Below are positions 1-9,117 of a stretch of 59,735 nt of DNA, in pieces. The position numbers and the translations under genes were made by a program. The notes under the pieces were generated by a model that did no database searches, had not been told where the DNA came from, and saw only the letters and a program-made list of their open reading frames with translations. The DNA is from an uncultured Clostridia bacterium (GTDB lineage Bacteria > Bacillota > Clostridia > Christensenellales > Borkfalkiaceae), in assembly GCA_944368635.1 (NCBI GenBank), contig CALVXA010000001.1, forward strand, positions 1 through 59,735, in the 5' to 3' direction. Position 1 is the first letter of the stretch, and each line of letters opens with the position of its first letter.

Positions 1-1467
1 GTGTACCCCGACAGGGTTTCCGTCTACGAAACGACGGGTACGAAGGCAAGCCTTCTGGGGCGCAAGTCGTCGCTGAGCTTTACGGAGTTCGACGAAGAGG
101 ACACTTCAAGACAGACGGTGTACGTATATACGGATAAGCTTTATCAGGAGTACGAGGGTTACGGCGCGTCCATGACTCACGCGAGCGCTGCCCTGATAAC
201 CGAGGCGGACGAGGAAACGCGCGCGGCGCTTCTCGACGACCTGTTTTCGCGCAGCGGGGCAAACTTTTCGCTCGTCAGAATTCCCATCGGCGCAAGCGAC
301 TATATCCCCGGCGACGAATACTTCACCTGCGACGATATGCCCGACGGTCAGACTGATAAAGCGCTTGAACACTTCACGCTCGAACACGACGGACAGCTGC
401 TGTCCGTGCTTAAGCAGATAAAGCAGATAAACCCCGACGTCACGTTCATGGCAAGCCCCTGGTCGGCGCCTGCATGGATGAAGGTGAACAACTCGCTCGT
501 CGGCGGCGGCTACCTCAAACAGGACATGCACGAGGCATATGCCGACTACATAGTCAGATTCGTGGAGGAGTACGCAAAGCAGGGCATAGACATATCCTAT
601 GTTTCGATTGTCAACGAACCGAGCGTGGGCGCGCTTTCATACCCTACTATGGACATGACACCCGCAGAGGCGGCGGAGCTTACGACGCTCGTCGGCGGCA
701 AACTGCGCGAAAAGGGGCTTGATACGGACATAGTCGGGTGGGACTTTAACTACGGCTCGTCCTCGGGCGCGTTCGCGGACGCCTTCTTCGAATGTCTTTA
801 CGAGGAGGGGGAAGCGGGCAAGTACTCGGACACGGTGGCATTCCACGGCTATGACGGCGACGGCTACCTCAACCCCGATACCATGAGCGGCCTTCGCACG
901 GGCATAGAAAAGGTGGTCAACGAATACGGCAAGGCTGCGCTGGTTACGGAGATTACCGAGAGCGCGTCAAGCACGGACTTTGCGGGCAACCTCACCTATG
1001 CCGCGGAAAACGTCGTCGTCAATCCCTGCGCAGTGCAGACGGACGAGGAGGACAATTCATGGAACGGTTGCGGCGGCGCGCTGTATTGGAACTTCGTGCT
1101 GGACGGGGACGGCGGTCCCACGCCAGCAGCTCACGACGACAACCCCTGCAGCGGCGTAATCACGCTTGACAAGACTGTGCGCCAGGGCAGCACGACTTAC
1201 AGGTACACCAAGTCCTCGGCATATTACGCCATGGCGCAGGTGTCTAAATTTATGTACGACGTCGACGGCAAACCATGCCGCGCGCTCAGGACGCAGACGG
1301 AGTATGTGGAACTCAGCGTGATGTCCTATTACCGCAACGACGGCGCGATAATAACCGTCGTGTGCAACACAAGCGAATTCAACGACAGCAGCGTTGACAT
1401 CGTCATCGGCGACAAGAAAATAAGCTATGAAATGATGCCGCAGAGCATCGTGACGTTCGTATGCTGA
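1..1467 (+). CDS. Glycoside hydrolase family 30 (glucosylceramidase-like); 5' end may be cut by the window edge
   Basis: ORF is open from base 1. It carries GH30-type motifs SPWSAPAWMK, IVNEPS and VTEITES. It is paralogous to ORF 2975..4324. Confidence 0.85.
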   Translation: MYPDRVSVYETTGTKASLLGRKSSLSFTEFDEEDTSRQTVYVYTDKLYQEYEGYGASMTHASAALITEADEETRAALLDDLFSRSGANFSLVRIPIGASDYIPGDEYFTCDDMPDGQTDKALEHFTLEHDGQLLSVLKQIKQINPDVTFMASPWSAPAWMKVNNSLVGGGYLKQDMHEAYADYIVRFVEEYAKQGIDISYVSIVNEPSVGALSYPTMDMTPAEAAELTTLVGGKLREKGLDTDIVGWDFNYGSSSGAFADAFFECLYEEGEAGKYSDTVAFHGYDGDGYLNPDTMSGLRTGIEKVVNEYGKAALVTEITESASSTDFAGNLTYAAENVVVNPCAVQTDEEDNSWNGCGGALYWNFVLDGDGGPTPAAHDDNPCSGVITLDKTVRQGSTTYRYTKSSAYYAMAQVSKFMYDVDGKPCRALRTQTEYVELSVMSYYRNDGAIITVVCNTSEFNDSSVDIVIGDKKISYEMMPQSIVTFVC

Positions 1468-1481
1468 GCGGAGGGAGAGCC

Positions 1482-2978
1482 ATGTACGCGAAAAAGATTA
1501 TATTGTGCGGCGCGCTTGCCGTTGCCGCGGTTGCACTGACGGCGTCGGGTTGCGCGAAAAAGCGCAGCGGCGAGGCAGACTTTATGGCATACACCCTCTC
1601 CGACGTCATAATGACGCAGAAGGGCGTGAACACCTACGACTTTGAATTTACGGCGGACTGTTCCCCTCAGGAACAGGTGTCCGTATATCTCACGCAGAAC
1701 GACAGAATAACGGGCAAAGACGAGCCGATAGCGGCAAACCGCGTCGGGCAAGGACAGTCCTCGCGCTTCTCGTTTTCTGCCGACCTCAACTTAAGCGAGG
1801 AATATTACCTTTGGGTGAAGGGCGGCGAAAAGCAGGTAATGCTTCCCCTCACGGCGCCCAGCATGTTCCCCTATGTAAGTCCGAGGACGACGGGCGACGG
1901 CGGCGCAATATTCAGTTTCAACTATACTTACGGCGTGTCCTGGAGCTCTTTCTGCGACCCCGAGGGTAAGGCGGTGTACAGTTCCTCCCGCGCGGTGTTC
2001 GACGATACGGCAGTGCCCGTGGCGAAGGGAATAAACATAACCGAAAACGAGTGCCTGATATCCGCTTCGGACTACGGCGCGGACAAATATTATTACTCGG
2101 TTACGACCGCCAAGAACGGACTTTTAACTATAATTTCATCACCCGTAAGCGACACTTCGCAGCTTACTGCGCAATTTACCTCCCTTTCTGCGGGGCTGGA
2201 CGGGGATAAGCTGAACGTGAGCGTCGGCCTGGACGAAGAGGGGGACATAGCGGCAAGTTCGGCGTCCGAATTGCAGCTGGTGGTAAAGAGCGGCACGGGC
2301 GACGAGATATATTCCTGCAACAGCGTGTTTGCCGACAACGTCGCCACGATGTCCTTCGACTGCGCCCTTCTGCTCGAGGAGGACTTATGGTACGACATAT
2401 CTCTCGCTTACAGGGGTTCGCTCATAGCCGACGTGCCCAAACTTTTCGGCGGCAGCGCCACGGCAACGGTTACGTCCTCTTCCAAAGATAAAATCAACTA
2501 CTTCATCACCGATTGGCGGCAGGACGGTGCGCCCGAAGAAGATGCCGCTCTCAAGCTCTATTTCGAACACGACGACACGAAGTTTGCCGACGAATTCTGT
2601 CAGGGCTATCTCGTCAGTCTTGCGGACGGCGACAGTCTTACGCTCACCGTGACGGTGGATATGGGACAGTCGGCGGCTTTGCCGCAGCTTGTCATAACGG
2701 GCGGCGACGAAACGGCGCTTGCCTCTGCAAATGCGGTAAGCGGGGGCTCCGGCTCCGCAATATGCACGCTTGCGCTGCAGGACGTGCTTACGGAAGCGGG
2801 CAAGTGGTACGACATACGCCTTTCGTTCGGCGGGCAGCTTACCGAACTTTTAAAAGACTCCTGCATCGGCTATTCGGACTATTCCAGAGTCTATGTCTGC
2901 GGCGGCAGGGAATATGCCTTCCGCGAGTATAACGGAATGTTGAAAATTTCATATATCGGAGAAACTCAAGCGCAATGA
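1482..2978 (+). CDS. Hypothetical lipoprotein with repeated beta-rich modules, between two GH30 genes
   Basis: ATG at 1482 follows GGAGGGAG. Signal peptide plus lipobox (LTASGC). Recurrent WYDISLAY / WYDIRLSF modules. No family recognised. Confidence 0.7.
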   Translation: MYAKKIILCGALAVAAVALTASGCAKKRSGEADFMAYTLSDVIMTQKGVNTYDFEFTADCSPQEQVSVYLTQNDRITGKDEPIAANRVGQGQSSRFSFSADLNLSEEYYLWVKGGEKQVMLPLTAPSMFPYVSPRTTGDGGAIFSFNYTYGVSWSSFCDPEGKAVYSSSRAVFDDTAVPVAKGINITENECLISASDYGADKYYYSVTTAKNGLLTIISSPVSDTSQLTAQFTSLSAGLDGDKLNVSVGLDEEGDIAASSASELQLVVKSGTGDEIYSCNSVFADNVATMSFDCALLLEEDLWYDISLAYRGSLIADVPKLFGGSATATVTSSSKDKINYFITDWRQDGAPEEDAALKLYFEHDDTKFADEFCQGYLVSLADGDSLTLTVTVDMGQSAALPQLVITGGDETALASANAVSGGSGSAICTLALQDVLTEAGKWYDIRLSFGGQLTELLKDSCIGYSDYSRVYVCGGREYAFREYNGMLKISYIGETQAQ

Positions 2979-4324
2979 TAACGGCGTACATAACACAAAA
3001 ATCAAGCGAAAAACATTTCAGAAAGGTCAAAATACAGCCTTTAAGGCAAAACTTCGGCGGCGGCGAATGTAACGTCGCTGTCGATACGACGCAGCGTTTC
3101 CAGCGCCACAGGGGTTTCGGCGGCGCGTTTACGGAGGCATCGTGGCGCGCGGTGAGCGTGCTGGGCGAGGAGGATAGGCAAAAGGTCATAAGGGCATACT
3201 TTTCCGAAGACGGGCTGAGGTATAACCTCGCGCGGCTGCCCATGCATTCCACCGACTTCGGCTTGCAACCCCGCACTTATGTGCAGGACGGCGACGTTTC
3301 CCTCTCCACTTTCGACACCTCGTGGGACGACGACAGGTTTGCGTTTTACTTGAGCTGCCGCGAGTGCGCTGGTGACTTTTTTACCATGCTTTCGACGTGG
3401 AGTCCCCCCGCGTGGATGAAGTCCAACGGCGAACTTCAGCACGGCGGCAAGCTGCTCGACGAATACAAGCCCGCCTGGGCGGAATACTACTGCAAATTCA
3501 TAGAGGATATGGCAGGAAGGGGCATAAGAATAGACGCCATGAGCGTGCAGAACGAACCCGAAGCCGTTCAGAGATGGGAATCCTGCATCTATACGGCGGA
3601 GGAGGAGGGCGCGTTCATACGCGATTATCTGCACCCCGCGCTTGTCGCGCACGGCCTTGAGGATGTGAAGATAATTCTGTGGGACCACAACAGGGACGGC
3701 ATAGTCAGGCGTTCGCTCACTTCGCTCTCCATGGAGGGGGTAAAGGACCTCGTCTGGGGAATAGGCTATCATTGGTATTGCTGCGACAAGAGCGAAAATC
3801 TCTCCCTCGTGCATGCGCTCTATCCCGATAAGGCAATGTTCCTGACCGAGTGCTGCGTGGAGCTTGCATACGACTCCACTACGGGCAAGTCGTCATACGC
3901 GGGCGTGTGGGAACACGGCGAAAGGTATGCAAAGCAGATAATAAACGACCTGAACAACTATTCCGAGGGCTGGATAGACTGGAATATGTATCTCGACGAA
4001 ACGGGCGGGCCGACGTATGTGAGCAACTTCTGCGAAGCGCCCATTATGATTGACAAGAACAGCGGTCAGATTTCGTATATGTCCTCGTACTACTACATAG
4101 GGCATTTTTCGAAATTTATAGAGCCGGGCGCGACCAGGGTATATTGCGGTAACGACGCGCTCTCCAATCTCTATTCGGTCGCCTATGTCAACCCCGACGG
4201 CAAGAAGATTGTAGTAATCGAAAACACCGCTTCGAGAAGGCGCACTGTCACGCTCACGGTGGACGGCTGCGGCACGCGCTTCAATTTGCGTCCTCATTCG
4301 ATAATCACGCTGGAGATAGACTGA
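2975..4324 (+). CDS. Glycoside hydrolase family 30 (glucosylceramidase-like)
   Basis: Motifs STWSPPAWMK, VQNEPEA and FLTECC. ATGA overlap with the upstream gene. No signal peptide. Confidence 0.9.
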   Translation: MITAYITQKSSEKHFRKVKIQPLRQNFGGGECNVAVDTTQRFQRHRGFGGAFTEASWRAVSVLGEEDRQKVIRAYFSEDGLRYNLARLPMHSTDFGLQPRTYVQDGDVSLSTFDTSWDDDRFAFYLSCRECAGDFFTMLSTWSPPAWMKSNGELQHGGKLLDEYKPAWAEYYCKFIEDMAGRGIRIDAMSVQNEPEAVQRWESCIYTAEEEGAFIRDYLHPALVAHGLEDVKIILWDHNRDGIVRRSLTSLSMEGVKDLVWGIGYHWYCCDKSENLSLVHALYPDKAMFLTECCVELAYDSTTGKSSYAGVWEHGERYAKQIINDLNNYSEGWIDWNMYLDETGGPTYVSNFCEAPIMIDKNSGQISYMSSYYYIGHFSKFIEPGATRVYCGNDALSNLYSVAYVNPDGKKIVVIENTASRRRTVTLTVDGCGTRFNLRPHSIITLEID

Positions 4325-4776
4325 TGCCCGACAAAAAGAAAATTGCGCTTGCCGTGCTTGCAGTGATATTGTTTTCCGCAATAACGTTGGGCGGAGCGGC
4401 TTGGGCAATCGCGGAGGGCGTGCGTTCGGCGGACTATGTGCGGACGACTGCTACTGTCACTGCGTGCAATACGCAGCTTATAGACGGCGAAGAGGTGGTA
4501 ACGGAGGTGCTTGTCACCTATTCCGCCGACGGCAGGGAATATGAAGGCGCGTCGTACATAGGCGACCTTTCAAGGTGCAGTACGGGTCTTCGGATGAATG
4601 TTTACTACCTAAAAGACGGCGACCCCATGTACGTATATTCCAAATCGGGCGACACGGGTTTTGCAATCATAATGTGCGCGGGCGGCGCCGTCTGGCTGGC
4701 AATAGCCGCAGTGGTAATAAGGGCGATGAGCTTATCCGGCAGGTTCCGCGCTTCCTCTTCCGACGGACGCAAGTAA
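4324..4776 (+). CDS. DUF3592-like membrane protein (TM, beta-rich domain, TM)
   Basis: N-terminal and C-terminal hydrophobic helices flank a roughly 90-aa domain. Start overlaps the GH30 stop (TGATG). Confidence 0.6.
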   Translation: MPDKKKIALAVLAVILFSAITLGGAAWAIAEGVRSADYVRTTATVTACNTQLIDGEEVVTEVLVTYSADGREYEGASYIGDLSRCSTGLRMNVYYLKDGDPMYVYSKSGDTGFAIIMCAGGAVWLAIAAVVIRAMSLSGRFRASSSDGRK

Positions 4777-4815
4777 ACTGAAGTCAACGCATAAATTCTT
4801 CCAATATTTTAACTT

Positions 4816-4856
4816 GGAAACCGTGTCGGCGCTTTTGCGCCGACACGGTTTCTTTA
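4816..4856 (+). terminator. Rho-independent terminator
   Basis: Perfect stem GAAACCGTGTCGGCG / CGCCGACACGGTTTC followed by TTT. Confidence 0.8.
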
Positions 4857-4878
4857 ATACGACAAACATCCGCCAACT

Positions 4879-5310
4879 ATGTTGAGTCAACATTATGCCT
4901 TTATACGTTGTATTTGCTGGATTAATAAAAGCTCCTATGTGCTAAACTGAGTGAGACTCGCAACCGCACACAAGTATGCACAAAGGAGATAGCCATTGAA
5001 AAATCAAAACAATTACACGTTCAGGCTATCAGTTTAATAAAAACGACTTGGAGATGTCAATATCATAAGGTCTTTACTACAAAATATCGCCGCAATGCAA
5101 TAAACAATGCGTTGAAAGTTGATATAGGGAAAATATTAGGATAACTATGCAGGAGGAAAAGCGTTGAGATAATAGAAACCCACGCAATGCAAGACCACAT
5201 GGATATGTTGGTTTCAATACACCCCGAATGAAACGGTTTCAGGACGGTTAATGATTTGAAGATGCAACAATTAAAACTTTTAAATTCTTGGTTTAACGCA
5301 AAAAATTAAG
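4879..5310 (+). mobile_element. Decayed IS200/IS605-family element (left-end hairpin plus tnpA remnant)
   Basis: Palindrome ATGTTGA-G-TCAACAT at 4879-4893. An SD plus TTG at 4996 is followed by Y1-transposase-like coding remnants. The right boundary is uncertain. Confidence 0.6.
4996..5231 (+). pseudogene. tnpA: IS200/IS605 family transposase TnpA (Y1/HUH) pseudogene fragment
   Basis: Translation of 5040-5231 gives KTTWRCQYHKVFTTKYRRNAINNALKVDIGKILG*LCRRKSVEIIETHAMQDHMDMLVSIHPE*. It matches the conserved W.C.YH.VF..KYRR and ...PDH.H.LVSIPP blocks. It has an in-frame stop, a frameshift relative to the TTG start, and 3' truncation. Confidence 0.8.
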
Positions 5311-5394
5311 GTTATAATAAAGACGAAATCAGAAAGGGCGTTGAACCCCGACAGATTTATCAAAAATAAAAAATCGTTAAAGGAGATGTTAATT

Positions 5395-5817
5395 ATGAAA
5401 AATGAACTTACAAGACCTAATGATTACGATTTCTTTGACGAAGCTATGCGCGACTTCTTCCCTGCATTCTACGGCGGCAGACATTCTGCACCCAAGTATA
5501 TGCGTACAGATATAAAGGAAAACGGCGACAGCTACCTCATGGAGGTCGAAATCCCCGGCGTTGACAAGAAGGATATAAACGTCGATCTGAAGGACGGCTA
5601 TCTCACCATTTCCGTCAACAAGTCTGAAAAGAGCGACGGCGACAAGAAGGATAACTACATTCACCGCGAACGCAGCTTCTCCTGCAGCCGTAGTTACTAT
5701 GTGGGCGACGTCCTGAAAGAGGACATCAAGGCAAAGTATGAAAACGGCGTGCTGAACGTCACCGTTCCTAAACTTGAAGAGAAGAAACCCGCTCAGGGTC
5801 TGATTGAAATCGAATAA
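5395..5817 (+). CDS. hsp20: Hsp20/alpha-crystallin family small heat-shock protein
   Basis: Alpha-crystallin domain pattern (DIKENGDSYLMEVEIPGVDKKDINVDLKDGYLTISV ... ENGVLNVTVPK). ATG at 5395 lies 9 nt after GGAG. Confidence 0.9.
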   Translation: MKNELTRPNDYDFFDEAMRDFFPAFYGGRHSAPKYMRTDIKENGDSYLMEVEIPGVDKKDINVDLKDGYLTISVNKSEKSDGDKKDNYIHRERSFSCSRSYYVGDVLKEDIKAKYENGVLNVTVPKLEEKKPAQGLIEIE

Positions 5818-5828
5818 TCGCAAAACAG

Positions 5829-5863
5829 AGGGGGAGGCTTTCAACCTCCCCTTTTTTATTTTT
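5829..5863 (+). terminator. Rho-independent terminator
   Basis: GGGGAGG / CCTCCCC stem followed by TTTTTTATTTTT. Confidence 0.85.
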
Positions 5864-5890
5864 GTATTGTCTTTAAGAGGAAAATAAACT

Positions 5891-6529
5891 ATGACAAAGC
5901 TTATCATTGTCCGTCACGGACAGAGTATGGCAAATTTAAACGGCACATTTGCGGGGCAGATAGACGTTCCCCTTTCGCCCTTGGGGCACAGGCAGGCGGA
6001 GGAGCTTAAGGAATACCTTATAAGCCGCTATAAAATCGACGTCATATATTCCAGCACTCTGTCGCGTGCCTGCGATACCGTCGCCCCTACGGCTGCCGCT
6101 CTCGGGTTGCCCGTCATCAGGGACGCAGGGCTGAAGGAGATAGACGGCGGCAAGTGGGAGGGGCTTACCAACGTTGAGATTGCCCAAAAGTTCCCCGCTG
6201 ACTTTGCGCTCTGGCGCGACAATATAGGTCTGTCACGCTGTACGGGCGGCGAATCTATCCGCGAATTGCAGGAGCGCAGCATTGCCGCCATAAACCGCAT
6301 AGCGGAGGAAAACGACGGGCGCACGGTGCTGATAGGCACCCACGCGGGCTTTTTGCGGGCGATGATATGCTATTGGCGCGGCATCCCCCTCGAGGAGATG
6401 AAGAACACCGCTTGGGTGCCCAACGCCTCCGTGACGGAGGCGGAGTATGCGGACGGTAAATACAAACTGTTGCGGGAAGGCGAAATATCTTTTCTGCACG
6501 GCGACGTCACCCGCCTCACAAACATATAA
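5891..6529 (+). CDS. Histidine phosphatase family protein (phosphoglycerate mutase / alpha-ribazole phosphatase-like)
   Basis: RHGQS catalytic motif at the N-terminus and a second His in GTHAGFLRA. Confidence 0.85.
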   Translation: MTKLIIVRHGQSMANLNGTFAGQIDVPLSPLGHRQAEELKEYLISRYKIDVIYSSTLSRACDTVAPTAAALGLPVIRDAGLKEIDGGKWEGLTNVEIAQKFPADFALWRDNIGLSRCTGGESIRELQERSIAAINRIAEENDGRTVLIGTHAGFLRAMICYWRGIPLEEMKNTAWVPNASVTEAEYADGKYKLLREGEISFLHGDVTRLTNI

Positions 6530-6554
6530 TTGCCTCTATCGCTCAAAAGTTACT

Positions 6555-6593
6555 GCTCCCGACGGAAGTTAAAGTTCCGGCGGGAGCTTTTTT
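6555..6593. terminator. Bidirectional stem-loop terminator between convergent genes
   Basis: GCTCCCGACGGAA...TTCCGGCGGGAGC stem followed by TTTTTT. Sits between the + gene ending at 6529 and the - ORF ending at 6593. Confidence 0.7.
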
Positions 6594-6778
6594 CATGTCG
6601 TTTCAACGATATGCAAGCTGAATTTCTGCCCGTTTTCAAACAAAATTGTTGTGCCGTCTTCATCGTCCGAGAGGGAGCATACAAAGTAATCGTCAAGCAT
6701 TGCCTTGATCTCCTGCATCAGACTTTTTTCGTCCGTTTTATAGCTTTTCTCTGCATTTTTGTCCTGTGCATCTTTCAT
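6593..6778 (-). CDS. Hypothetical small acidic protein (61 aa)
   Basis: GAGG about 11 nt upstream of the ATG. Ends at a terminator. No family recognised. Confidence 0.4.
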   Translation of the reverse strand: MKDAQDKNAEKSYKTDEKSLMQEIKAMLDDYFVCSLSDDEDGTTILFENGQKFSLHIVETT

Positions 6779-6922
6779 AGAATAGTTTTACCTCGAAATC
6801 GTATTTCACTTAAAGCTCTGCGCAATGCCTTTATGTACATAAATTATATACTAACACTTGCCATCAATCAACTTTTTGGTGCCAAAAGTGAGGATAATTT
6901 ATTGTAGAAAAAGGACTTTGTT

Positions 6923-7363
6923 ATGTGTATTTTGTCGAATTTTGGCGAACGCCTTAAAGAGCTTATGCAGGAGCGAGAAATAAACGCGCCTGAGCTTGCA
7001 AATCAGCTTGGTACAGACAGAACAAATATCACAAGATATTTGAGGGGTGAGCGTGCGCCGTTATACGGCAATTTCATAAAAATGCTAAATTACTTTCAAT
7101 GTTCTGCCGATTATCTGCTCGGCTTGAAAGAATATCCTGCGCACGGCGATTTTTGCGTTGACTTGCCTGTTTTCGGCGAGAGATTGAGGGAAGTCATGGG
7201 CGCTTGCGGTTTTACTCAATATAAGTTGGTGAAGACGGGCAAAATTTCAAGGGCAGAATTATTCGGCTGGCTGTCAGGCAGGAAGTTGCCGGGAATAGAA
7301 AGCCTTGCAAAATTAGCTGCTATAATGGGGTGTTCGGTGGACTATCTGCTTGGCAGAGTTTAA
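6923..7363 (+). CDS. XRE-family transcriptional regulator with two tandem HTH domains
   Basis: Two HTH_3-like repeats, each starting FGERL(K/R)E and ending DYLLG. Confidence 0.85.
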   Translation: MCILSNFGERLKELMQEREINAPELANQLGTDRTNITRYLRGERAPLYGNFIKMLNYFQCSADYLLGLKEYPAHGDFCVDLPVFGERLREVMGACGFTQYKLVKTGKISRAELFGWLSGRKLPGIESLAKLAAIMGCSVDYLLGRV

Positions 7364-7389
7364 TAAAAAAATATACCGCAAATATGAAT

Positions 7390-7429
7390 GGGCGGAGCTG
7401 ACAGTAGATCAGCTCCGCCCAATTTTTTG
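7390..7429 (+). terminator. Rho-independent terminator
   Basis: GGGCGGAGCTG / CAGCTCCGCCC stem followed by AATTTTTT. Confidence 0.85.
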
Positions 7430-7476
7430 TATCGGATAATATGCATTTAATTGTATTTTCTTAATGCAGCCACAAA

Positions 7477-7803
7477 CTATTTTTTCAGCAATGCGATGGT
7501 TATTGTCTGTACAATGTCTTTATCCTTCTGTGATAACTTGCGATAGCTGAATATCAGGTTTTGTTCCTGCTTTGACAATGTAGTTACCGATGAATCATAA
7601 TCATAGTACTTCTGTCTGCCGACAAGATAATCTATGGAGCATTGAAAAAAATCGGCTATTTTTATAAGGGCGGTGTAGTCTGGCAGTCTGTTCAGGTTTG
7701 TCCAGCCGATTACCGTTGTGTAAGGTATTCCGCTCTGTTCGGCAAACTGCTTTCGGTTAATATTTTTTTCTGCCAATAAGTCGTTAAAAATTTCAATAAA
7801 CAT
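7477..7803 (-). CDS. XRE-family HTH transcriptional regulator (cI-like position)
   Basis: HTH_3 pattern (NINRKQFAEQSGIPYTTVIGWTN ... SIDYLVG). Divergent from the gene at 7957, with a shared operator region. Confidence 0.85.
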   Translation of the reverse strand: MFIEIFNDLLAEKNINRKQFAEQSGIPYTTVIGWTNLNRLPDYTALIKIADFFQCSIDYLVGRQKYYDYDSSVTTLSKQEQNLIFSYRKLSQKDKDIVQTITIALLKK

Positions 7804-7834
7804 TTCTTTACCTATAAAAATTTTAGCACAAATT

Positions 7835-7894
7835 TCTAATTAGGTACTTGACTTATCTATCAAGATAATTTATAATTAAAAATACCTAATTAGA
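7835..7894 (+). promoter_or_regulatory. Consensus sigma-A promoter bracketed by two copies of a 12-bp operator
   Basis: TTGACT (7848-7853), 17 nt, TATAAT (7871-7876). TCTAATTAGGTA (7835-7846) and its exact reverse complement TACCTAATTAGA (7883-7894) flank it. Each copy contains the self-complementary core CTAATTAG. Confidence 0.75.
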
Positions 7895-7956
7895 TATTTA
7901 TCATGTTGGTGATAACCTGATTGGGAATACGACAGAAAAGTTTAATTGGAGGGAAT

Positions 7957-8259
7957 ATGTTACAGTTCAAGACGGTTGCATTGCCTGCGACGGAGATAAC
8001 AGTCACCGGCAAAGAGATGTTTTCTTTGGAGACTGCCAATAGAGTATTGGCGCCTGCAGGTCAGGTTATTCAAAATGAGGCCAGAGGAGGATGGTCTTTA
8101 CACAGTTGCGTTGTTATTCCTGCCACAGTCTACAGAAAAAAAGGCTTCTTTGAAAAATTGTTTGGCTGGATACCTATTATAGGCAGTATATTCAGGGGCA
8201 ATCAGCCGGATGAAATTCATCCCCAGTATTACAGTCTTATTTTTGTAAAGGAAGTTTAA
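7957..8259 (+). CDS. DUF4177-like small protein
   Basis: ATG at 7957 follows GGAGGG. Roughly 100 aa with a central GGWSLHS and a C-terminal YYSLIFVKEV pattern reminiscent of DUF4177. Confidence 0.5.
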   Translation: MLQFKTVALPATEITVTGKEMFSLETANRVLAPAGQVIQNEARGGWSLHSCVVIPATVYRKKGFFEKLFGWIPIIGSIFRGNQPDEIHPQYYSLIFVKEV

Positions 8260-8267
8260 GCGTTGCA

Positions 8268-8309
8268 AATGGAAGGGAGTGTGGAGTCATACAACTCTTC
8301 CATTTTTTG
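8268..8309 (+). terminator. Rho-independent terminator
   Basis: AAATGGAAG / CTTCCATTT stem followed by TTTT. Confidence 0.6.
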
Positions 8310-8356
8310 CAGTGGCAGAAGGAAAATGATACTCATAGCAACACAGGAGAATAATT

Positions 8357-8986
8357 ATGTTTTGTAAATTATGCGGAAAAGTTTCTTCTTCTAACAAGTG
8401 TATTTATTGCGGGCACGCCATTGACTGTGAAAGCAATACCGATATTGCCCATCAATCTGTAAACGTGGCAGAGGATGACGATAGTGTAAATCATGTCATA
8501 AGAACGCATATCATGACGCCGCCTGTAAATTTTCAGGATACACCGCAGTTCGGTATGAAATGGCATAAGTTCGTAATATACTTCGGGTTATTTTTTGGTG
8601 CATTAATAGATCTTATCTTGGGTATAAGTGTGATTTCCGGAATGATTTATAGCAGATACGGGATTGAACCGGAGCTTGTATATGATGTATTTAGCGGGTT
8701 AAAAACGTTGGATGTAGCAGTTGGGTTGTGTTGCATAGCGTTGGCTGTTTTTTGTTTGGTCACAAGGTTTCAACTTTCAGGAATGAAGAAAAGAGGACCC
8801 GTATGCCTATATTGTATATATGCACTTAATTTCATTTTATCTTTGATTTATGTTATTCTGGCTTCTGATATTATAGGCGAGCCGATTTACGACGGAGAGA
8901 TAATTGCTATGTTGGCGGCATATTTGGTTATGTTAGTATTAAATGTTGTCTATTACAAAAAGAGAGAAAGCCTGTTTATCAACTGA
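8357..8986 (+). CDS. Zinc-ribbon domain membrane protein
   Basis: N-terminal CxxC...CxxC (CKLCG...CIYCG) followed by four predicted TM helices. Confidence 0.7.
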   Translation: MFCKLCGKVSSSNKCIYCGHAIDCESNTDIAHQSVNVAEDDDSVNHVIRTHIMTPPVNFQDTPQFGMKWHKFVIYFGLFFGALIDLILGISVISGMIYSRYGIEPELVYDVFSGLKTLDVAVGLCCIALAVFCLVTRFQLSGMKKRGPVCLYCIYALNFILSLIYVILASDIIGEPIYDGEIIAMLAAYLVMLVLNVVYYKKRESLFIN

Positions 8987-9117
8987 TATTAAAGAATGAT
9001 ATCCCCGAAATGCAGACAGATTTTCTGGAGGGTATGTTTTATCACAAACGCGTTATAAATTATTGCCGTCCGCGGACAAAAGTGATAGAATGGTTGCGTT
9101 GAATTCGGGAGGCGGAT

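Noticed and set aside
4930-4965. CIRCE-like half element (GTGCTAA ... GAGTGAG) upstream of hsp20.
   Set aside because: Only one arm resembles TTAGCACTC-N9-GAGTGCTAA. It lies inside the IS200 relic, more than 400 nt from the hsp20 start.
6530-6907. 125-aa plus-strand ORF after the histidine phosphatase gene.
   Set aside because: It runs straight through a strong terminator hairpin and overlaps a better-supported minus-strand small ORF. Composition is odd and there is no RBS.
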